Assembly (NCBI GenBank): GCA_951406725.2
Contig: OX597832.1
Coordinates: forward strand, 10,788,001 to 10,852,000
Direction of reading: 5' to 3'
From: Octopus vulgaris
Taxonomy: Eukaryota
Length of the DNA stretch: 64,000 bases
The stretch's first letter is position 1; every line of letters begins with the position of its first letter. Below, piece by piece: positions 55,624-64,000 of the stretch. The notes below the pieces were generated by a model, which did no database searches, was not told the DNA's origin, and saw nothing but the letters and a program-made list of their open reading frames with translations. A program made the translations under genes and the position numbers.

Positions 55624-56195
55624 TACATATATCATATATATATGTATATATACATATATATATATGTATATATATATGTATATATATGTATATATAATAT
55701 TATATATATATTATATATACATATATATATATATGCATATGTATATATATATGTATATGTCTATATATATATATGTATATGTCTATATATATATGTATAT
55801 GTATATATATATGTATATGTCTATATAGATATGCATATGTATATATATATGTATATGTCTATATATATATATGTATATGTATATATATATGTATATGTAT
55901 ATATATATATGTATATGTCTATATATATATGTATATGTCTATATATATATGTGTATGTATATGTATATATGTGTATGTATATGTATATATGTGTATATAT
56001 GTGTATGTATATATATTTATATGTATATATGTGTATGTATATATATTTATATGTATATATGTGTATGTATATATATATATGTATATATGTGTATATATAT
56101 ATATGTATATATGTGTATATATATATATGCGTATGTATATATATACACACATAAGTACATATGTATGCATTTGTATGTATTTGTATGTGCATGCG
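55255..56195. repeat. ~0.9-kb compound AT/ATGT/ATGTCT low-complexity array
   Basis: Direct reading; local subunits such as atgtatatgtctatatat and gtgtatgtatatatatttatatgtatatat recur. Confidence 0.95.
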
Positions 56196-57417
56196 TATGT
56201 GTTAACGAGGGTACGGGTTTATGTTAGAAACATAGTTAATACCTTCGAATTATTCTGCACATGCTTCATAGAAGAATACGAATAACAAAAAAGGAAATTT
56301 CAACAATTTTTATAACCATTTTTTCAACAAATAAACAATATAGCTTAAAATTAAATTTGACATACCTGTACATCTGTACACACACTTATACATATATAAC
56401 TAAACATTTTAGCATTGCATTAAGCTATTTGCACTTACATTCTAAGACATATACCCACATAAATGCAAATAGTTTTTACAATTCCCGCATTGGTTTCATT
56501 TTACTGTTGTTCGTTAAATATTTAATTTCGTAAGTGTGGAAGTTTTCCATATTTTGAAAGTTTTCGCTTGCACTAGCATAACAGCAGCCTCTTTACGTCT
56601 CTACACATCGTTCTTGGTAAAAAAAAAACCTAATAATCTCTATTTTAACGATACCTATATTAACTAGAGTGTACATGAAGCCAGGTGTGTGTTTCTGTTG
56701 AAAGCAGGTTATGTTCTTGTGCAAGAAAACGGCCGAAAAATAACAGCAAACAGGAATAAAATATGTGAATAGACACAAGACCGACACACTGAAGACAGGA
56801 ACCTCTCTCAGCCCATTCAACGTCATCGAAAAGGCTTCAGCTATTCACCTTAACGACGAAGTTAAACTCAAATGAGACCTGCTAGCTCGGCCCTCCTCCA
56901 AAGAACAATCGATACATTGATTAATATATGAGGTCCTTGGATGAGGAAGATAGATGATCTATATTATTGTACATGAAATGCTCTTTCGTTAACATGCAAA
57001 CTTATAGAGGTTAATACAACGAACAGCAGCTCTGGAATAAGCTAAATAAACTCGCTGCTATTGTAACTGACGTTGACGTGGCGTATTAGAGACTACAGAA
57101 AATACTTCTCCCTGATCATCACGGTTAATTCTCCATGTTACTTGCTCCTAGATCTTTACTCGGCAGCATAATGAACAACACATCAAAAGGAGAAATTTTA
57201 GTAAAACTTATTGATATCATATACATTGTTTCGCCTCTCTTAATTTATGCCCAGTTAATATTTGAGGACTAAAATCAGTGCAATCCCACCTCTCTACCTT
57301 TCTCTCTCTGCTTCTCTGTATATATATGCGTGTGAGCGTGTGTGCATGTGTATGTATGTGTGTGTGTTTGTGTATGAATGCATGCATGTATGCACGTATG
57401 TACACACATATATATAT

Positions 57418-57456
<39 letters not shown>

Positions 57457-58460
57457 CGTATGGATCTACGTATGCATGCAAACTTCTCTTGTACAGAATT
57501 TAACTGAAATTCTGCCAAATATGGTGTTTCTCTAATATTTTCGGAGTACTTTTCCCTCATATTTCTCGTACATCTCTCACGCACGTTTCCCGTAATTTCT
57601 ATTTCCTGTTGCTAATTTGGCATTGACTACTGTCTGATAATGTTTCTATATATTCTATAAATATGTCCTATCTGTGTTTGAGAGAAAATTGCCTCCAGTT
57701 TCTTAAATTCTACGCTTGATTTTAAATACAAAGCTAGTACTTTGAGGTTTAAATACCTCTGTGTGTTTGCGCCAGTGATCTTTCTTATGTCAACATATGA
57801 GTGTGCGTGCATTCATTGAGAGTGTCTTCTGCATTTAGAATTGATCACTTTTTAGCAGCAGTAAGAGTGTAACGAAGCCATGGAGAAAACGTCTGCTACT
57901 TTGAATTTTATGCTGCTACAAATATGAGGCAGCCATGGACTTTAAGTAAATATGACTTGGCATTAGATGATGTGTAAAAATGTTACAATAACTCGGCTCA
58001 GTTAATGAACTGGAGCTAAGAGTTGATAAATTTTAAGTGTTGTAATGACTAATCGATGTTAACCGACTGCTAGGCGCCTGTAGATTGACAGAAAACTCCT
58101 GCATAATTATTAAGTGTAATGTCCTTCATTTTTGTGTAATTAAAAATTTCAGTTTAAAGAAAGCACGAAATATTCTTAAAGCTAGAGAAGGAAAATTAGC
58201 TGGTAGGGTTAGACATCGAGAGCAGCGTTATGAAATTTTACTATTCACGTTATGTGATACCACTAGTACGAAAATGGGCAGCATCACATAGAGGTGAATG
58301 TAATATTTACACGCGAAACTGGAATAAGCGGGTTTCGCCTTATCAATCTCCATGGTATAGAAGAAACATCACTTACTATAGCCCTGGAGAATCCTGGATA
58401 CTAGGATAAGGCGATAGTAATCTCTCTTTCATCTGGATTGTACGTTCATACATATACCTA

Positions 58461-58691
58461 TTTCTTTATTGCCCACAAGGGGCTAATCATAGAGGGATAA
58501 ACAAAGGACAGACAAAGGGATTAAGTCGATTACATCGACCCCAGTGCGTGACTGGTACTTTATTTATCGACCCCGAAAGGACGAAAAGCAATGTCGACCT
58601 CGGCGGAATTTGAACTCAGAACGTAACGGCAGACGAAATAACGCTAAGCATTTCGCCCGGCGTGCTAACGATTCTGCCAGCTCGCCGCCTT
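58461..58691 (-). mobile_element. tRNA-headed SINE family A, full length, well preserved
   Basis: Minus strand aaggcggcgagctggcagaatcgttagcacgccgggcgaaatgcttagc..gagttcaaattccgccgaggtcgac..cccttgtgggcaataaagaaa. Confidence 0.88.
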
Positions 58692-59092
58692 TCATACATA
58701 TACATATACCAAGTGGCTTTCCCTCATATACGTATAATATGCTCACACATATACTCATATATTTTGTCCCATACAGGGGACAGTCAAATGAATGAAACAT
58801 GTAAAAAACAAAACATAAGCTTTGTAAAATTAAAGATATTCTTATCGATGTTTTCTAAACATTAGATGAGCACGCATATATATTTTTTTATTGTGTGCTA
58901 ATAAACATATTAAACACCATATTGGCACGTATTGCAGCGGAATCCAATCTTCGTGACCAATGGGTGTTTTGTCTATCGAAATATGAGGTCTAAATGAGAA
59001 CCTTACTATATAAAAAGGTATCCTGAGTCGCTGTAAGGAAATCACAGCTAATGTGATCAGTAAAAATAATGTTTAATATCTTTATATTAGTT

Positions 59093-59298
59093 AAAGCGTA
59101 GAGCTGGCGGAATGGTTAGAGCGAAGGGCAACATACTAGGTGTTATTTCGTCCGTCTTTGTGCTCTGAGTTAAAATTCCACCAAGGTTGATTTTGGCTTT
59201 CATCTTTGCGTACTCGATACGAACCAGTTGAGCAGTGGAGTCGATATAATTGATTTAAGTTCTACCCTGAATTGGCTGGCCTTGTCCCAAAATTTGAA
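59093..59298 (+). mobile_element. SINE family A, diverged (short-tail type)
   Basis: gagctggcggaatggttagagcg..atttcgtccgtc..ctgagttaaaattccaccaaggttgattttggctttcatc..ggccttgtcccaaaatttgaa. Confidence 0.8.
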
Positions 59299-59618
59299 TG
59301 CAATATATTTAAACAAATCTATGGATGTGGCTTCGTAAGAAGAAAAGAGACAATTTCCATCGTCACATCAATCTGCTGGAGTTTATGAATAATGCAATTA
59401 CATTAGCTGTACGCCAAGCATTTTCAAAGGATAATTAGTTGACATTTTGAACCAGACGGTGGCATACGATGAATTTTTCCGAAACTATCATTTTTCACAG
59501 GTAGAATTAATAAGAAACCCAATTGTGCAAAGTCTAGTAATTAAATTATGAAGTCAGAGATGATACATTAATCAATAAATTTATATATGCAGAACAAGGA
59601 AAGAACATTTCCCGACTT

Positions 59619-59654
59619 AGATAGACAGACAGACAGACAGACAGATAGACAGAC

Positions 59655-59707
<53 letters not shown>
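59619..59707. repeat. (AGAC)n/(AGAT)n tetranucleotide array
   Basis: Direct reading. Confidence 0.95.
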
Positions 59708-59927
59708 CTTATCTGTATGTACAATGATTCTTTCGAATCTTCAGATTTTAATATGCTAGACCACTGCTTTTAAATTGATATTAATCAAATTAATATTCAA
59801 ATTTTCAGATAAAAAGATAGATAGGTAGATATATAGATGTGTGTGAATGAGTGTAAAGTCAATAAAGTCGCACTTTTACAAAATGAAAAGAATAGGGAAA
59901 ACTATTTCAAACGTAATGTTGCGCACA

Positions 59928-59985
59928 ATGTTGCGGTGCTCCAGCATGGTCGCAATCAAATGACTGAAACAAGTAGGAGAGTAAT
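59928..59985 (+). mobile_element. SINE family B 3' stub
   Basis: gcggtgctccagcatggtcgcaatcaaatgactgaaacaagta matches ~60797-60840. Confidence 0.75.
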
Positions 59986-60420
59986 AAACACACACCTAGA
60001 CATATATTCATATCTGTGTATATGTATATCGCATTACTATACCTAGTGTTCCTGGTATAGTAATGCGACAACAATAACAAAACCAATATCAACTACTACA
60101 ACTTTCAGTAGTAGTAGTAGTTGGTGTGGGTTTTGTTACGGTTGTAGTAGTAGTTATAGCAAGATCACTAGGAACGCAGCCGAGATTTGCTTCAAGTTTT
60201 CGACATACATTTAGGAATCCCTGTGGACGAAACCAGATTCAGACATGAACACAATCTTGTCCAGTTCTAACGTACACCCAGTCAAACTGAGTGACATGAT
60301 GCCTACAAGTATAAATGTTTCTTACCCTCGTTCATTGAATGACTCCATATTTTACCTTCTTCAGAAGCAGAACTTTCTAAACAAACCGCGTTGATATTCA
60401 ACCTTTGAATGTAAATGTAA

Positions 60421-60453
<33 letters not shown>

Positions 60454-60455
<2 letters not shown>

Positions 60456-60621
60456 CGCAGGAATGGCTGTGTGGTAAGTAGCTTGCTAACCAACCACATG
60501 GTTCCGGGTTCAGTCCCACTTCGTAGCATCTTGGGCAAGTGTCTTCTACTATAGCCCCGGGCCGACCAATGCCTTGTGAGCGGATTTGGTAGACGGAATC
60601 TGAAAGCTCGTCGAATATATG

Positions 60622-60652
<31 letters not shown>

Positions 60653-60847
60653 CTGTGTTTGTCCCCCTAGCATTGCTTGACAACCGATGCTGGTGTGTTT
60701 ACGTCCCCGTTACTTAGCGGTTCCGCAAAAGAGACCGATAGAATAAGTACTGGGCTTACAAATAACAAGTCCTGGAGTCGATTTGCTCGATTAAAGGCGG
60801 TGCTCCAGTATGGCCGCAGTCAAATGACTGAAACAAGTATAAGAGTA
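60454..60847 (+). mobile_element. CORE-type tRNA SINE family B, full length, with internal (TA)/(TG) microsatellite
   Basis: A-box-like tggctgtgtggtaag, B-box-like gggttcagtccc, CORE-like catcttgggcaagtgtctt; three other partial or diverged copies in the window; (TA)n flanks. Confidence 0.88.
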
Positions 60848-60854
60848 ACGAGTG

Positions 60855-60887
<33 letters not shown>

Positions 60888-60964
60888 ATAAATGTATGTA
60901 TGTATATGCCCCTCACCTTATAGTAAGTGTGTATCTAAATTTTGTACGATTCTTTTACCTTGTC

Positions 60965-61629
60965 TTTTAGTCCCCCCCCCCCCATACTTTCTACCACTTT
61001 TCTCTTTCTCACTACCCTCTCTCACATTTCTTGGGCCTCTCTTTCTTTCACTCCCACTTTTCCTCCTTGATTATCTCCCTTGTACCTTTCCCTTTGTCTA
61101 TTTGACTTTTTCCTAATACTTCACTCCAGCTGCCCCTACCCCTTCCTCTTTCTTCCGCCTGACCTATTTTAGGCCAGCCATGATCGTTCTTGGTTTGAAG
61201 GACGACCGCCAACGTCTCTTATGTCCATCTCCGATGTTCCTGTATTAAGGTTTTCACTTTATACACGCCGGCTCAATTAGATTCGTCCTCAATCGAAAGA
61301 CACCTGTTGTTTATATTCTTGCTGTTTGTATTTGTTATTGTGTACAATGTTCTCCATTTTTTTTGTCTTTGTTGCCGTACGCATTCGCTAGCTTTCTTAC
61401 GAAACATCTAATGCTCTTAGCTTAGACTTTTTGGGAGGCAACCAGATCCAACATTCTCAAGTGTAACTACCAGCAACTGTAAGGACATCTGGTAACTTGA
61501 CTGACAAAAGAAGGCCACGAATGACCGTCATTTTTCCCTGTCCCTCTAATTATTATTTTTTCCTGTCCACCTTTGTATTGTCTATATCTCTGGATATTTT
61601 ATTTAACTCTATTGCGTTTTTCTATTTTT

Positions 61630-61630
<1 letters not shown>
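60965..61630. repeat. Unclassified GC-richer segment with a polypyrimidine start, probably an interspersed repeat
   Basis: Compositional contrast and microsatellite flanks; no second copy or motif seen in the window. Confidence 0.3.
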
Positions 61631-61667
<37 letters not shown>

Positions 61668-61897
61668 TACATGCACACATATTCACATATGTGTGTGTGT
61701 GTAGACACACAAACACACACTTTACGTACTAAAACACCAATGTATTTATTTGGAGCACAACCGAGTATCCCACTTTACCACATAGTTGATTTTCTCACTT
61801 TCTCTCCGTGTCTCTCCCCCTCTCTCCCCATCTCTCTCTTCCTCTTCCTCTCACTGATGTATCTATTTAACTATCTATATGTATACCCCCATATATT

Positions 61898-61946
<49 letters not shown>

Positions 61947-62639
61947 TTATATATATAAGTATGTATAAGTATGTATAAGTGTAACTATATTGTTATATAT
62001 ATTATTGTAGATATTTTATTCAGAAAACCACTAACATTAATTGTGTAAGTAGCGGTATGCGTGAAATAGTTTTCAATACTTATTTCTAAAAGTGCGACAT
62101 TGATTTTACCCTTATAAACGCTAACACATACACGTAGGCACCGAGATACACTAATATCCATGTGTGTATGTTTGTGTGTGTGCAAAGCTTCCGTGGTTTT
62201 TTGAGTCTGTGTATGTATAAATTACACATGTATGCATGTTTATATATTTCCTTGTATGTATGTATGCGAGTAGGGAGATTGAAGCTGGAAACAGTAACAC
62301 AGAATTTACTCCTGCAAAGAGTAATAAAAATAAAAATTTATGTAAACAAAGGATGAATTTTCAAGAGATACTGTATTGAAGAGAATTTCATACAAGGAAG
62401 ATACCTAAGCGACAAGCAATTGTACGTAAAAGTGTGTGTGTGGTTGCATTTGCATTTCTCAATATGCGTTTATTTGCATCAATATAGAAGTGACAATAGG
62501 TGTGCTTGTGTGTGTTTATGTGTGTAAGCGTACGTTAGTTTGTACGATTAAAGGAAAACGAAGGATTGGAAGTATTTTCAAGGAAGTGTTGGAGCGAACT
62601 GTTGAGATTTCCTGTTTCAATATATTTTTTTGTATGTAC

Positions 62640-62876
62640 ATTTGTATATATATACACAAAGATATGTGTGTACACATATATATATATGTGTGTGTATACA
62701 TATATATATATATATTTATATATATATATACATATATATATATTTATATATATATATACATATATATATATTTATATATATATACATATATATATATACA
62801 TATATATATATACATATATATATATACATATATATATACATATATATACATATATATATATACATATATATATATT

Positions 62877-62916
<40 letters not shown>

Positions 62917-63070
62917 CATATATATGTATACACTTATATATGCATATATATATTGTATATATATATGTAAATATATCGATATATATATATATATAAACAT
63001 ATATATATATATATGTAATACATACATCTATGTATGTATGTATGCATTCATATATGTGTGCATATGTGTG
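62640..63070. repeat. Compound (AT)n/(ATAC) array
   Basis: Direct reading. Confidence 0.95.
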
Positions 63071-64000
63071 TGAACGCGTTTTACTTTAACGATTCTTTTT
63101 ACAATTACTTTTTCACTAAAGAACTTTATCTCATGCCAAATAATTTTTTGGCACGTTGCTTCATCATTGCTGCAACGATGAATACACGCGTATATACGTT
63201 CGATTACACATGGTTACTTAGTTGAACGCATTTGAATAGGAACAGAAGCTTACTCGCTCGCTCAGCACTGATCATAGATTCAATCGCGTACCTGTAGTTG
63301 TATGCTTTCAATGCATGTTCACTGAAGCGTGTACAAGCCAAACATTTAAACGTACGTGCACGTATATATATATATATATATATATATATACGCAGAGTGT
63401 ATTCACCTAATTTGTGTGTTTAGATGATTACATGTTTTTGTGTGAAGATATGTGCGTATATGCCTTTTTATCTTTTCTACTGAATTTTTTTTCCCGTTAC
63501 CAAGATAAGAAAAAAAAAATCTCTTATAATGAATGCATTGTGACTGTCACTGATCATGTGATATAATTTATCAGTTTTGCGTTTGTAGGAAGACATCTAT
63601 TTCTATCAATTTGATGGGTTTAATTGAAGAAGTTTTGTAGGGAATTTTAAAACGTGTGAAAGTAATTTAGCAATGAAATAAAAAGAGACAAACAAAGGTT
63701 TTGTAATAGATTTCTCTGTTATGATAAGATATTTCTATTATATACAGACGCACGCATTTTGCTTAGCAATACTGTTGAAGAACCTTGTTTTCTTAATCCG
63801 TATTTATCGTTCCATTTAATTACACCACATATTCATTAAGAAACACCCACTCACTCACATTTAGTATACGGAGAAAAAATAATGATACTGTCTTAGAACT
63901 TTCAGCAATTGATGCAAAGCAATAAACTTTGAAGTTACTGACAATTGCGTCGATTACATTTCATCATCTCAGAATCTAATTATTCACGAACACACATGCA

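Noticed and set aside
59725-59750. Minus-strand CTGAAGA-ttc-GAAA hammerhead-like string
   Set aside because: Only 3 nt where stem II must form; single copy.

Overview
AT-rich, microsatellite-dense eukaryotic non-coding DNA (intergenic or a large intron). The tRNA-headed SINE families and repeat landscape suggest an octopus (coleoid cephalopod) genome; this is recalled pattern, not a database result. No host protein-coding gene can be called with confidence. Almost all ORFs in the track are artefacts of (AT)n, (CA)n, (ATGT)n or (TAA)n arrays. Supported content: one decayed mariner transposon with both TIR remnants (2.4-3.6 kb), two RLE-type non-LTR retrotransposon fossils (8.1-9.3 kb, Dong/R4-like inside TAA arrays, and 25.9-26.5 kb), a Penelope-type GIY-YIG fragment (25.0 kb) and many SINE copies from about five families. 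The best leads are a ~184-bp near-perfect palindrome at 17.8 kb and an inverted pair of small TA-embedded elements with minimal-hammerhead-like cores (49.2 and 53.3 kb). Also worth checking are a four-tetrad G-quadruplex motif abutting a 1.3-kb higher-order AT repeat (39.4 kb), a set of strand-consistent TAA-embedded elements and one candidate exon (3931-4089, minus). I found no convincing new multi-gene system.
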